From Candidatus Caldarchaeum sp. (lineage in GTDB: Archaea; Thermoproteota; Nitrososphaeria_A; Caldarchaeales; Caldarchaeaceae), in contig JAWAFZ010000002.1 of NCBI GenBank assembly GCA_038890155.1, positions 10,774-74,773 on the forward strand: a stretch of 64,000 nucleotides of DNA, in the 5' to 3' direction. The position numbers were made by a program, and so were the translations under genes. Each line of letters opens with the position of its first letter. The first letter of the stretch is position 1. Below the pieces are notes generated by a model that saw only the letters and a program-made list of their open reading frames with translations, made no database searches and had not been told where the DNA came from. Shown here piece after piece: positions 45,228 through 54,085 of this stretch.

Positions 45228-46454
45228 TCAGCGGTCGGCCTCTACCGGCCAGTAGTTTAGCGACCAGTAGATGGGCGGTATGTTGGCTATCTGCTCTCCC
45301 CTAAGCAGGTGCTTCATCACGGGCAGCAGCCTGAACGACGGTGGGCTTATCTTGACTCTGTAAGGCTTATCGCCTCCCTCGCTCCTGACGTAGTACATCA
45401 TCTCACCCCTAGCCGCCTCGGTCCTAGCCACCGCCTCTCCGGCAGTAACCCTGATGTTGATTGGGTGCTGCTTGACCTTGACAGGGCCGTCCGGCATCAT
45501 CTCGACAGCTTGGCTTATTATCTTAGTGCTCTCACGCATCTCCCTGAACCCGACAACAGCTCTGTCATAACAGTCTCCCCTAGATCCTACAGGCACTTCG
45601 AACCTCAGCTGAGGATAGGCGTCGTACGGGTTGTTCACCCTGTTGTCATACTTGACTCCCGAAGCTCTCAGCGTCGTGCCCACCGCACCTAAGCGGACAG
45701 CGTCAGCAGAGCTGAGAACCCCTACGTCTCGAGTCCTGCTGATGAACAGCTCGTTGTTGAAGAACATGTCCCAGTAGTCGTCCAGCCTGCTGTCGAAGAA
45801 CTCGCAGACGGCTAGGACATACTTCCGAAAGTCTTCGGCGTCGTGGGCTAGTTCTTTACCAGTAGCCATCCTGTAGTAGCGTGAAAACTCTTTGACCAGC
45901 GTGGAGGGAACCTTTTTGGGAGCATCGTTCCGAACTCCTCCGGGCTCGAAGAAAGCGTGCGTAATCCGCTGCCCGCCTATGAGAGACGTAAGGTCGACCA
46001 AGTATTCACGGTCGCCGAAGCACCACAGGAACATGGTGGTGTGGCCGAGGAAGACTCCGTAGAGGGCGAACCAGTAGAGGTGGCTTGCTATGCGCTGGAG
46101 CTCAGCCATTATCACTCGGAGGAACTTCGCCCTTTCAGGCGGCTCAACACCCATGAGCTTTTCAACAGCCAAAACGTACGGGTGCTGTATGCCTGCTGAA
46201 TCAAGGATCACGGGCCTCTCGAGGTGGGGTATGTTCGTTATCCATGTCTTGTACTCTGCGAGCTTCTCCTCCCCGCGATGGACGAAGCCAGGGTCGGGGT
46301 CGGCTTCTACGACTGTGTCCCCTGAAACTGTTATGACGAGCCTAAAGTGTCCCGTCCCCGGATGCTGAGGCCCATAGCTCACCTTTAGAGCAGCCTCTCC
46401 AACGTCGTAGAACTCCAGCGTTCTGACCTTCTCCTTCTCCTCTATGACAGTCAT
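45228..46454 (-). CDS. nuoD: NADH-quinone oxidoreductase subunit D (49 kDa subunit)
   Basis: GPQHPGTGHFRL, ERPVILDS.., and C-terminal SLNYWPVEADR typical of NuoD. Confidence 0.9.
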   Translation of the reverse strand: MTVIEEKEKVRTLEFYDVGEAALKVSYGPQHPGTGHFRLVITVSGDTVVEADPDPGFVHRGEEKLAEYKTWITNIPHLERPVILDSAGIQHPYVLAVEKLMGVEPPERAKFLRVIMAELQRIASHLYWFALYGVFLGHTTMFLWCFGDREYLVDLTSLIGGQRITHAFFEPGGVRNDAPKKVPSTLVKEFSRYYRMATGKELAHDAEDFRKYVLAVCEFFDSRLDDYWDMFFNNELFISRTRDVGVLSSADAVRLGAVGTTLRASGVKYDNRVNNPYDAYPQLRFEVPVGSRGDCYDRAVVGFREMRESTKIISQAVEMMPDGPVKVKQHPINIRVTAGEAVARTEAARGEMMYYVRSEGGDKPYRVKISPPSFRLLPVMKHLLRGEQIANIPPIYWSLNYWPVEADR

Positions 46455-46460
46455 TAATAA

Positions 46461-46949
46461 TCACCTACCTGGAGCCTCATAATCCTTCAGCATCGGAGGG
46501 ATGTCGCTCCAGTACTCGGGAAGAAGAAGCCTCCTCAAGTCTGGATGACCTTCGAAGACAACACCAAACATCTCGTAAACCTCCCTCTCGTGGTAGCCGC
46601 AGCTAGGCCATACCTCGATCAACGACGTCATTCTAGGCGCTGATTTGTCTAGCTTGACCGACAGAGCTAGGTCCGAAGCATGGAGTTCGGGGCTGCTGTA
46701 GGAACCCAAGTGGTAGATTACCTCTATTTTGTTCTCCTTCTTAAGGAGTCTGCTCAAGTCGACGCCAGTTACAGCCTTCACGTGGTCGAACCCAAGGTTG
46801 TCCCGAAGGTAAAGGGCCAGGGATTTGACCGCGGAGGCGTCAACGACTATCTTGACGAGCTTCTTCTCGTCTATAGTTTTTTCCAGAACGCTTGACCCGA
46901 ACTTTCCGTCGACTGCTTGAACCACCGTTTGCAGAGACATCAACCCCAC
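46461..46949 (-). CDS. nuoC: NADH-quinone oxidoreductase subunit C (30 kDa subunit)
   Basis: Core WPSCGYHEREVYEMFGVVFEGHPDLRRLL. Confidence 0.85.
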   Translation of the reverse strand: MGLMSLQTVVQAVDGKFGSSVLEKTIDEKKLVKIVVDASAVKSLALYLRDNLGFDHVKAVTGVDLSRLLKKENKIEVIYHLGSYSSPELHASDLALSVKLDKSAPRMTSLIEVWPSCGYHEREVYEMFGVVFEGHPDLRRLLLPEYWSDIPPMLKDYEAPGR

Positions 46950-47632
46950 CTACCGTAGAGTATTTTTTCACGCAGCAGTAGAATTCCCTGGAATAAGGTT
47001 TCAGGCCTTGGGGGACATCCAGGCACGTAGACGTCGACGGGGAGTATGTCGTCTATGCCTTGAACAACGTTGTACGAGTCCTTGGCGTACAAGCCTCCGC
47101 TTATTGCGCAAGCCCCCATGGCTATCACCCACTTAGGGTCGGGCATCTGGTCGTAGACGAGCCTGAGCCTCATAGCCATCTTGGAGGTCACGGTTCCTTC
47201 AACGACCAGCACGTCGGACTGTCTCAGGCTCCCCGTAGCAGGCAGCCATCCGAACCTCTCCGGGTCGTAGCGGGGTGAGTGGGTGGCTGCGAACTCGACT
47301 GAGCAGCAGGCCGTCGTGATGTGTGCGGGGAAGAGGGAAGCCATCCGTCCCCAGTTGAGGAGATAACGGATGAGCCTGAAGTCTCTGAACCTGTACAGGA
47401 AATAGTTCACGCCGCTACGGTCCTCCGCCCTGTGAACCTTGTCGACCCCGTACTTCGACACCGTTTCGTCGACCTGCTTTGACGGAACCTCCGACTCCTC
47501 AACCATTCTCACAACGGAGTCCGAGTCGACGTGCCTGTAGCCGAATATACCTGTTTTGACGTATCCTGGGAAAGGCGTTCTCGGGGAAGGCCACATGCTT
47601 GCCTGAATTTGTGCCGGGTCATTTTTAAACAT
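46940..47632 (-). CDS. nuoB: NADH-quinone oxidoreductase subunit B (20 kDa, N2 cluster subunit)
   Basis: NWGRMASLFPAHITTACCSVEF, GACAISGG and GCPPRPE cluster-ligand motifs. There is a long N-terminal extension relative to the core, so the true start may be internal. Confidence 0.85.
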   Translation of the reverse strand: MFKNDPAQIQASMWPSPRTPFPGYVKTGIFGYRHVDSDSVVRMVEESEVPSKQVDETVSKYGVDKVHRAEDRSGVNYFLYRFRDFRLIRYLLNWGRMASLFPAHITTACCSVEFAATHSPRYDPERFGWLPATGSLRQSDVLVVEGTVTSKMAMRLRLVYDQMPDPKWVIAMGACAISGGLYAKDSYNVVQGIDDILPVDVYVPGCPPRPETLFQGILLLREKILYGRWG

Positions 47633-47638
47633 ATGCGT

Positions 47639-48313
47639 TCAACCATAGAAAAACCATTCTGTCCTACCTCTTGCTTTGAAGGGCAGCGACAAGACCAGCC
47701 CCGCTAAGAAACCACCCACGTGGGCGGTGTATGCGATCGTGCTGAAGGGAGTGGTCAGCATGAAGAGTGTTTGGATGAGTATGAAGCCGATTATTACAGC
47801 GAAGGCTGGCGCGACGATGGGGACGAACCAGAGGAATGCATAGAGACGTCTGTGGGGGAAGAAAACCAAGTAGCTGCCCATTATTCCAAAGATGGCTCCG
47901 GACGCTCCTATCGAAGGAATCAGGCAGGCTGCTGGTATCGGCCTCATGGCTGGCGAGCATTCGAGTGAGAGGAAGAAAACGAAGTAAAATATGTGGAATA
48001 GAGCCGCCGCCACACCGCTCACCATGTAGACGAAGAGAAACTTAGCGCTCCCCAAATAAGACTCCACATCCCTGCCGAAAAGAAAAAGGCTGTACATGTT
48101 CAGCAGTATGTGGAAGAAATCGATGTGGACAAACATGTAGGTAATGAGCGAGAAGATGTTGAGGCCGTTGAGGATGAATATAGGGACCGTGCCGAAGGTG
48201 TAAAGGAAGGAAGTTAGCTGGTTTTGATTGGTGATGAACAGGTTGACCGAGGCCCAGACAACCGTGTTGATGGCTATCAAGACATACGTGAGCCTCGGCC
48301 GTGCTTCATACAT
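47639..48313 (-). CDS. Rhomboid-family intramembrane serine protease
   Basis: 6-7 TM helices, with HxxxN (HILLNMY), catalytic GASGAIFG and HVGGFLAG motifs. Confidence 0.8.
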   Translation of the reverse strand: MYEARPRLTYVLIAINTVVWASVNLFITNQNQLTSFLYTFGTVPIFILNGLNIFSLITYMFVHIDFFHILLNMYSLFLFGRDVESYLGSAKFLFVYMVSGVAAALFHIFYFVFFLSLECSPAMRPIPAACLIPSIGASGAIFGIMGSYLVFFPHRRLYAFLWFVPIVAPAFAVIIGFILIQTLFMLTTPFSTIAYTAHVGGFLAGLVLSLPFKARGRTEWFFYG

Positions 48314-48344
48314 GTTGCTATGTCTCGAATGCTTCTTGATAAGT

Positions 48345-48701
48345 TTAGAGTAGTGGAAGGCTTCCCGTCACCTTGTCTATCTCCTCTTCCGGAGCAGGTC
48401 CTATGCCAACTGCTGTTGCAGTCCCTGGAGGAAGCTCTGTAAGGCCCGCGTCCTCAACTATTTCGAAAGGGAGGCCTCTGACAGCGCATGCAGATGCAAC
48501 TCGACGCAGCTCTTCCTCCGAACTAACCTTCAGCACGACTTTTTTCTGACCCCTGTCAAACCACTCCCTCACCCATTCAGGCTTTCTACGCCTAGCCGCC
48601 TCCAGAGCAAGCACGGCCGCATGGGAAGCCTGTGCCGCCGTCTTGCCCACGCTCATCCTGAGGTCGATGCGTATCACCAACACCTGTTTATATCCACGCA
48701 C
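48345..48701 (-). CDS. pth: Peptidyl-tRNA hydrolase, archaeal Pth2 type
   Basis: 118 aa. KQVLVIRIDLRMSVGKTAAQASHAAV, then DAGLTELPPGTATAVGIGP. Confidence 0.85.
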   Translation of the reverse strand: MRGYKQVLVIRIDLRMSVGKTAAQASHAAVLALEAARRRKPEWVREWFDRGQKKVVLKVSSEEELRRVASACAVRGLPFEIVEDAGLTELPPGTATAVGIGPAPEEEIDKVTGSLPLL

Positions 48702-48717
48702 GGCGATCGCTGTACAG

Positions 48718-49524
48718 ATGTTGGATAAATACGTGAAAAAGCCCGTAGTGGCCCTGTTGACCGACTACGGCTCAAAAGACACATACGTTTCAGAGGTGAA
48801 GGCGGTTATTCTGAAGCACAACCCCGACGCAGTCCTAGTGGACATAACTCACGAGGTCGAGTCCTTCAACATCCTCCAAGGAGCATTCCTACTCAAAATT
48901 GCAGCCAAGACATTCCCCGACAACACGGCGTTCCTAGCAGTCGTCGACCCCGGGGTAGGCGGAGAACGGGACGCGGTCCTAGTCGAATCACGTAGGGGAA
49001 GAGTCTACGCAGGGCCCGACACAGGCCTGCTCTACCCAGCTGTCAGCGGTGAGGGTGTTTCGAGAGTTTGGAGGATAAGGACCGAGACACTGGAGAACGT
49101 CTCGCCCACCTTCCACGGCAGGGATGTCTTCGCCGAGGTTCTCGGCAGGTATCTGTCGGGCGGGGATTGGAAAAAGCATGTGGAGGAGAAGGAAGCTATG
49201 GTTGTCCTCAGCCTGCCCGAGCCTAAGTGGTCTGGAGAAGGCTTGGAGGCGACAGTCATGCATCTGGACAAGTTCGGAAACGTGATCCTCAACATCTACG
49301 GCGGGCTTCCAGAAGGCTGGAGAGCCGTCGACATCTCAGCCGAAAGCAAAACCTTAGAGAGAGTTCCAATCGCTTCATACTACTCTCAAACCGCCTTGGG
49401 CAAGCCTCTTCTCGTCGTCGGCGGGACGGGTTTCTTGGAGGTCTCGGTCAACAGGGGCAGCGCTGCGCAGATGCTTCAAGTTAAGCCGGGCGACACAATC
49501 ATCCTCGTCAAAAGTCGTTCTTGA
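48718..49524 (+). CDS. SAM hydroxide adenosyltransferase (SAM hydrolase, DUF62 family)
   Basis: VALLTDYGSKDTYVSEVKAVI, VVDPGVGG, FHGRDVFA and DKFGN motifs. Start at ATG 48718, since the upstream ORF extension overlaps pth antisense. Confidence 0.8.
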   Translation: MLDKYVKKPVVALLTDYGSKDTYVSEVKAVILKHNPDAVLVDITHEVESFNILQGAFLLKIAAKTFPDNTAFLAVVDPGVGGERDAVLVESRRGRVYAGPDTGLLYPAVSGEGVSRVWRIRTETLENVSPTFHGRDVFAEVLGRYLSGGDWKKHVEEKEAMVVLSLPEPKWSGEGLEATVMHLDKFGNVILNIYGGLPEGWRAVDISAESKTLERVPIASYYSQTALGKPLLVVGGTGFLEVSVNRGSAAQMLQVKPGDTIILVKSRS

Positions 49525-50026
49525 GAAGTGATGAGAGACGCTTCTCGCAGCCTATGCTGGACAGATATTCGGCTGCTGCTGGATGAAGCCTGCTTCTCCA
49601 ATCCCCGGCCTGGGCTATCAGCCTGCGTATCTCAGTCCCCATCAAACGGCTGCGGTCGTAGAGAGGGACGGGCTCAACCCTGAAACCCTGCTCCTCGAAC
49701 AAGACCCTGACCAAGCTGTTGTTGCTGTAAATTGTCTGGAAGAGGGGGCACATGGAGACGACTCTGGAGACCCAGAGCCTGTGCTCGCCGATGTCGGGGA
49801 TGGGTATTATGAAGCATCTCGCCAAATCTACTCCCGAGCTTTTTAGGCTGCGGTGGATGACCTCTATTCTCTCCCCGGCTGTGAACGGGTTTTCAACCGT
49901 GTGGCTGTACTGTGCGCTTCCAACTCCCACGATGCATTCATCCTCCCGCTCAAGAATGTAGTCGACAGCCTTGAGATGACCCATGTGGAAAGGCTGAAAC
50001 CTGCCGATGAAAAGCCCCCTCTTCAT
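49508..50026 (-). CDS. Nicotinamide-nucleotide adenylyltransferase (archaeal NMNAT)
   Basis: RGLFIGRFQPFHMGHL (HxGH variant) and GTEIRRLI (ISSTxxR-like). Confidence 0.85.
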   Translation of the reverse strand: MKRGLFIGRFQPFHMGHLKAVDYILEREDECIVGVGSAQYSHTVENPFTAGERIEVIHRSLKSSGVDLARCFIIPIPDIGEHRLWVSRVVSMCPLFQTIYSNNSLVRVLFEEQGFRVEPVPLYDRSRLMGTEIRRLIAQAGDWRSRLHPAAAEYLSSIGCEKRLSSLLKNDF

Positions 50027-50046
50027 CTCCGTCGAAACACATCAAC

Positions 50047-51141
50047 TCATATATTATTGTTGACGTGCGACGTTCCCTCGATTGTTATGACAGCCCTCTC
50101 GTTTACCCCTCCCTCAACTCTTGCCCTGCACCCCGTCAACGCTTCGCAGACTTTTATACTCGTGGCTGTGTGGCTCGTGAGCCTCGACACTTCATAAACC
50201 GACCTGCCGTCAGCAAGAGCAGAGTATATCACCAGCATGTCGCCGAGATGCTTATCGACGGGAGCTCCCCGGCTAAGCTCGTCCACCAACTCGGCCGCAG
50301 CCTCCTCGCCAACCCTCTCCGCAGGAACTCCACGCTCGCCCAGCTTGTCAACTCCCAGAACCACGCCGCCCTCGCAGAAAGCCATCAGGAAGATGCCGGC
50401 ACCCGGGTCAACGGCGCATCTCTCGTCCCTCTCGTCGAGGGACTCCCTGCTTATGGAGACACGCCGATATCCCTTCGCTACGAGATGCTTTTCGCAGGAT
50501 GAAGCCATTCTCTCAGCGACGTGAGCTGGAAGCTTCGAAGTGTAGGCAAGCCCTACTATCTCCAAAATCTTAGGCCTGCCGACGAGGTTTAAAGCTGTGA
50601 GCTTCTTGACCGGCCGGACATAGCCTTCGACGATTCCCCCTCCACGCGGGTAGAAACCTCTCCTCAGCAGCTTGACGCCGGATTCTACGCCGGCATGGGC
50701 TATCGTGGGGATGAAAATTTTTTCAAAGTATTCGATGGTTGGAGCGTTGGGGTTGTTTGTCCCTCCTCGGATGGTGAAGGTGCTGGGTGTGGAGCCGAAG
50801 CAGAGGACGGGGAGCAGCGACTGGAGTACGAGGGTTGTGCTGCCGGCCGTCCCAGTATCAAGGCTGAGGCTGGATGCCTTGATTTTTCCAGGGCTGAAAC
50901 GCAGCTCCGTGGACCCTAGCTCAGCTCCCTGCAGCTTACCCGAGCAGGCTAGGCTCACCGCGTTCACGGCCGTTAGATGCTGGTGTCGGAGACCCGGGTT
51001 CTGCCTCTTCTTCCTGATGTTGTACACATGCAGCTGCTTCCCCAAAATGGCTGAAAGGGCTACAGCAACACGGAGAACCTGCCCACCGCCCTCCCCGACC
51101 GAGCCGTCCAGGCTTAAAAACTCCTCCATCCCCCACAACAT
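50047..51141 (-). CDS. rtcA: RNA 3'-terminal phosphate cyclase
   Basis: LDGSVGEGGGQVLRVAVALS, RGGTNNPNAP, and the active-site His context VDKHLGD. Confidence 0.85.
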   Translation of the reverse strand: MLWGMEEFLSLDGSVGEGGGQVLRVAVALSAILGKQLHVYNIRKKRQNPGLRHQHLTAVNAVSLACSGKLQGAELGSTELRFSPGKIKASSLSLDTGTAGSTTLVLQSLLPVLCFGSTPSTFTIRGGTNNPNAPTIEYFEKIFIPTIAHAGVESGVKLLRRGFYPRGGGIVEGYVRPVKKLTALNLVGRPKILEIVGLAYTSKLPAHVAERMASSCEKHLVAKGYRRVSISRESLDERDERCAVDPGAGIFLMAFCEGGVVLGVDKLGERGVPAERVGEEAAAELVDELSRGAPVDKHLGDMLVIYSALADGRSVYEVSRLTSHTATSIKVCEALTGCRARVEGGVNERAVITIEGTSHVNNNI

Positions 51142-51221
51142 CCTCCAGCCTCACTTTTTATGGATTGGCGTGCTAACAGTTAATTAATGGGAAATACAGA
51201 CCTAACTTAAGGGTTCGAGAG

Positions 51222-51827
51222 TTGGCAGCACCTCTTTACTATCCGGGAGCGACGACCGTGGGGATAAGAGGCCAGGATTGCGTCGCTATAGCTGCTGAGA
51301 AAAGGTTCGCATACGGCTACTTTGTGATGTCCAAGCAGGCTCGTAAAGTCTTCAAGATTACCAACAAAGTCGGAGCTGCCTGCGCCGGTGTTGTCGCCGA
51401 CATGCAGAACCTGATCAAGGAAGTCACGGCCATGGTAAACCTTTACAGGCTTGAGCAAAACTTGGAGCCTAGCGTAAAGACCGTCGCCAAAATTCTTTCC
51501 TGGAACCTTTTCGGAAACAGGTTCTTCCCTTACTTCATGGAGACCGTCGTCGGAGGGGTTGACAGGGCGGGGGCCCACGTGATAGTGCTCGACCCCCTAG
51601 GCTCGATGATTGAGGATGATTATGCGGTCGTGGGTACGGGTGCCGAGGTTGCGGTGGGCGTCATCGAGAACCTTTACAGAAGGGACATGGGGCCGTCGGA
51701 GGTGTACGACCTGGCCGCGAGAGCGATCAAGGCGTCCATCGCCAGGGATGCTGGCAGCGGGAACGGCATAGACATCCTGCTCTACACCGCATCCGGGCTT
51801 GTAGCCGAGGACACTATAACCGTCTAG
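51222..51827 (+). CDS. psmB: Proteasome subunit beta
   Basis: Short propeptide, then the catalytic Thr context GA|TTVGIRGQDCVAIAAEKR. TTG start. Confidence 0.9.
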   Translation: MAAPLYYPGATTVGIRGQDCVAIAAEKRFAYGYFVMSKQARKVFKITNKVGAACAGVVADMQNLIKEVTAMVNLYRLEQNLEPSVKTVAKILSWNLFGNRFFPYFMETVVGGVDRAGAHVIVLDPLGSMIEDDYAVVGTGAEVAVGVIENLYRRDMGPSEVYDLAARAIKASIARDAGSGNGIDILLYTASGLVAEDTITV

Positions 51828-51872
51828 CCGACTAGAATATTTAAATTGTCGTTATAGAAAATCACGCTGAGG

Positions 51873-52604
51873 TTGTGGAATCTCTCGCTGAGGGAGAGGG
51901 TTCTGATTTACCTGGCCGAGAGAGGAGCTATCACCAACAGTCTCAAGATAACAACTCCCATCATATCAAAGCAGTTTGGCACTTCGCAGCAGTCAGCATC
52001 CAGGCTGCTCATCATCCTAGAGAGGGAGGGGCTGATCGAGAGAAGGGTTGTTGGCAGAACAAGCTACGTCAAAATGACTCAGAAAGGCGTTTCCAGGCTT
52101 CTCGACCTGTACCTAGCTCTCAAGATGATTTTTGAGAAACCTGTTAAAATAGTCCTTGAGGGGCGAGTCTTCTCCGGCTACGGCGAGGGCTCGTACTACA
52201 TGAGCCTTCCAGGCTACGTCCAGCAAATGATCGAAAAGCTCGGCTTCATACCGTACCCCGGGACGTTGAACGTCTTGCTTCTGTCGAAGGACTCCATCGA
52301 GAACAAGCTGTTCCTGCAGAAGAACGCCGACATCGAGGTCAGCGGGTTCAAGGACGAGCGGCGAACCTACGGCTCAGTCAAGGCCATAAAGGTTTTGATA
52401 AACGAGTCGGAGCCCGCGGTGATGGTCTTCCCAGAGAGGACTCTGTACGACAGCTCCGTCGCTGAGCTGGTTGCGCCGGAAAACTTGAGAAACAAGCTGG
52501 GGCTGAGCGACGGCTCACTCGTGAGGATCTCGGCAACGCTTTCGCCGAAGATGTTTTACGAAGGTTTCAAGCCAAGCACGTCGTTAACGTTCTCGCCGAG
52601 CTAG
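51873..52604 (+). CDS. ribK: CTP-dependent riboflavin kinase fused to an N-terminal wHTH (RbkR-type bifunctional regulator/kinase)
   Basis: The N-terminal ~80 aa is wHTH (ISKQFGTSQQSASRLLIILEREGLIER). The C-terminal archaeal RibK core is GRVFSGYGEGSYYM...GFIPYPGTLNV. Confidence 0.75.
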   Translation: MWNLSLRERVLIYLAERGAITNSLKITTPIISKQFGTSQQSASRLLIILEREGLIERRVVGRTSYVKMTQKGVSRLLDLYLALKMIFEKPVKIVLEGRVFSGYGEGSYYMSLPGYVQQMIEKLGFIPYPGTLNVLLLSKDSIENKLFLQKNADIEVSGFKDERRTYGSVKAIKVLINESEPAVMVFPERTLYDSSVAELVAPENLRNKLGLSDGSLVRISATLSPKMFYEGFKPSTSLTFSPS

Positions 52605-53030
52605 TATCCTTCTTATTACGTCGCTGCTGCTCATGGGGTTCACACGATAACGCCTCAACGTAGCCACCCTAACCCTCAAACCCCTCGACCTGCAGTACTC
52701 AAGGAATTCCTTCTTGATCTTCTTCTGGTCGTAGCCGAAAGCAACTATGTCGGGCTTCACCCTCCTCATCACCTTGTCGAAGGAGAGAGGGTCGTATCCG
52801 ACTATGGCCTCGTCGACCGGTTTCAGGTTTTTAATCATCTTCCTACGCTCGCTGGCAGGGAATACAGGACGTCGTCGCTTATTCTTCCAGACAGTTTTGT
52901 CGGAAGCTATCAGCACAACTAGCTTGGACCTTCTTCCGCCCAGCTTCTTGGCGTCGTTAAGCATCTTTATGTGGCCTAGGTGAAGGATGTCGAAAGCCCC
53001 CGTGGTCAGCACGACCTTCGCCCTCACCAC
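52584..53030 (-). CDS. ribL: FAD synthetase, archaeal RibL type (cytidylyltransferase fold)
   Basis: VVLTTGAFDILHLGHIKML (HxGH) with a C-terminal SSSDVIRRI motif. Its 3' end overlaps ribK by 21 nt. Confidence 0.75.
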   Translation of the reverse strand: MVRAKVVLTTGAFDILHLGHIKMLNDAKKLGGRRSKLVVLIASDKTVWKNKRRRPVFPASERRKMIKNLKPVDEAIVGYDPLSFDKVMRRVKPDIVAFGYDQKKIKKEFLEYCRSRGLRVRVATLRRYRVNPMSSSDVIRRILARRER

Positions 53031-54043
53031 TCGAAATCCACCTCCCCCCTGAGCCTCAAGGCGTCGAGAAGGCCCTCGGCATAACCGACTGATAGCAGAG
53101 CGTTTACAAAGTCTCCGGACTCCATGAACTTCTCCGCATCCTCCACGTAGCAGTTCACGTAATTAACATATTGCTTGAGATGCTCAATCCTTCCAGATTT
53201 CTCGATGAACTGCCTGCATTTATCCAAGTACGCAGAAACCCTTTCGGCCACGGGGTTTGGCGGGACCATTCTCTCCACGGTCTCCGGGTTCAAGGCGTAA
53301 GTCTTGACGACTTCCTTCTCTGAAAAATGCAGAGCAGAAGGTATTATCAGGCAGTGGGGTGAAGGTGGATAATTCTCCACGAGAAGCTCCTCCACTCGTC
53401 CAGCTTTAACGACTTGGTCTGAATGCCCCACCCGGGCCAAGGCTATCGCCAGGGTCTTCTCGTCGACCACTCTCTTCCCCATGTTCGCGGCGGCTTGCAT
53501 GAGTTTATTCAAACCCACGTCAACGCTTAGGCCTCCTTCAGCCGTGTCGAGTAGGAGGAGTGTGTGGGCTTGCCTGGACAGGTTCTCCTCCAGGATTTTG
53601 ACAGGCTGGGTGTAAAGGGCTGGGTCTTCAGTCTTTGGGAGGGTTGCTGTTTTTCCGAATTTATACACGTGCAGGCCTGATAGGCTGATGGCTGCGGAGA
53701 TTATCGAGACTCCGTTGACAACCTCCACCTTGACTCCCTTCCGGGCCGCTATCTCCATCATCGACGAATGTGTCGTCGCTATGAAGGGGTCGCCGGGAGC
53801 AAGGACGCCAACAACCTTCGTCCTCGCATCAGCTACCACTTTATGGGCCTCTTCTTCCAGCATCCTCCTGTAGGATTTGACCAAAGACTTGGCCAAACCC
53901 TCTACGTACTCCAGCGTCCGCTCATCCCAGAAGCTCGTGTAGCAGTCGACGTACACAACCTCGCACCTCTTCAACGCCTCCACAGCTCCGAGCGTGAGGG
54001 AGCTTGGAGGGCCTAGACCGCCTCCGATAAAGACCAGCGTCAT
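53024..54043 (-). CDS. dphB: Diphthine synthase (tetrapyrrole-methylase fold) with a ~80 aa C-terminal extension
   Basis: Collinear with archaeal DphB: VYVDCYTS, PGDPFIATTH, GLHVYKFGKTATL, AHTLLLLD, PPSPHCLIIPSALH. The extra C-terminal helical module ends ..GDFVNALLSVGYAEGLLDALRL. Confidence 0.8.
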   Translation of the reverse strand: MTLVFIGGGLGPPSSLTLGAVEALKRCEVVYVDCYTSFWDERTLEYVEGLAKSLVKSYRRMLEEEAHKVVADARTKVVGVLAPGDPFIATTHSSMMEIAARKGVKVEVVNGVSIISAAISLSGLHVYKFGKTATLPKTEDPALYTQPVKILEENLSRQAHTLLLLDTAEGGLSVDVGLNKLMQAAANMGKRVVDEKTLAIALARVGHSDQVVKAGRVEELLVENYPPSPHCLIIPSALHFSEKEVVKTYALNPETVERMVPPNPVAERVSAYLDKCRQFIEKSGRIEHLKQYVNYVNCYVEDAEKFMESGDFVNALLSVGYAEGLLDALRLRGEVDFEW

Positions 54044-54085
54044 CTCATTCGACGTTATATTTCGCTGGTTTATAGGGGATTAGGT

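Noticed and set aside
47380-47632. The NuoB N-terminal extension as a novel fused domain
   Set aside because: It may simply reflect the longest-ORF convention, since internal Met codons exist before the conserved core. I kept it only as a side note in the nuoBCD finding.
50065-51187. Several 95-171 aa plus-strand ORFs
   Set aside because: All are antisense to rtcA, which has clear family motifs. Their compositions are Pro/Ser/Arg-rich.
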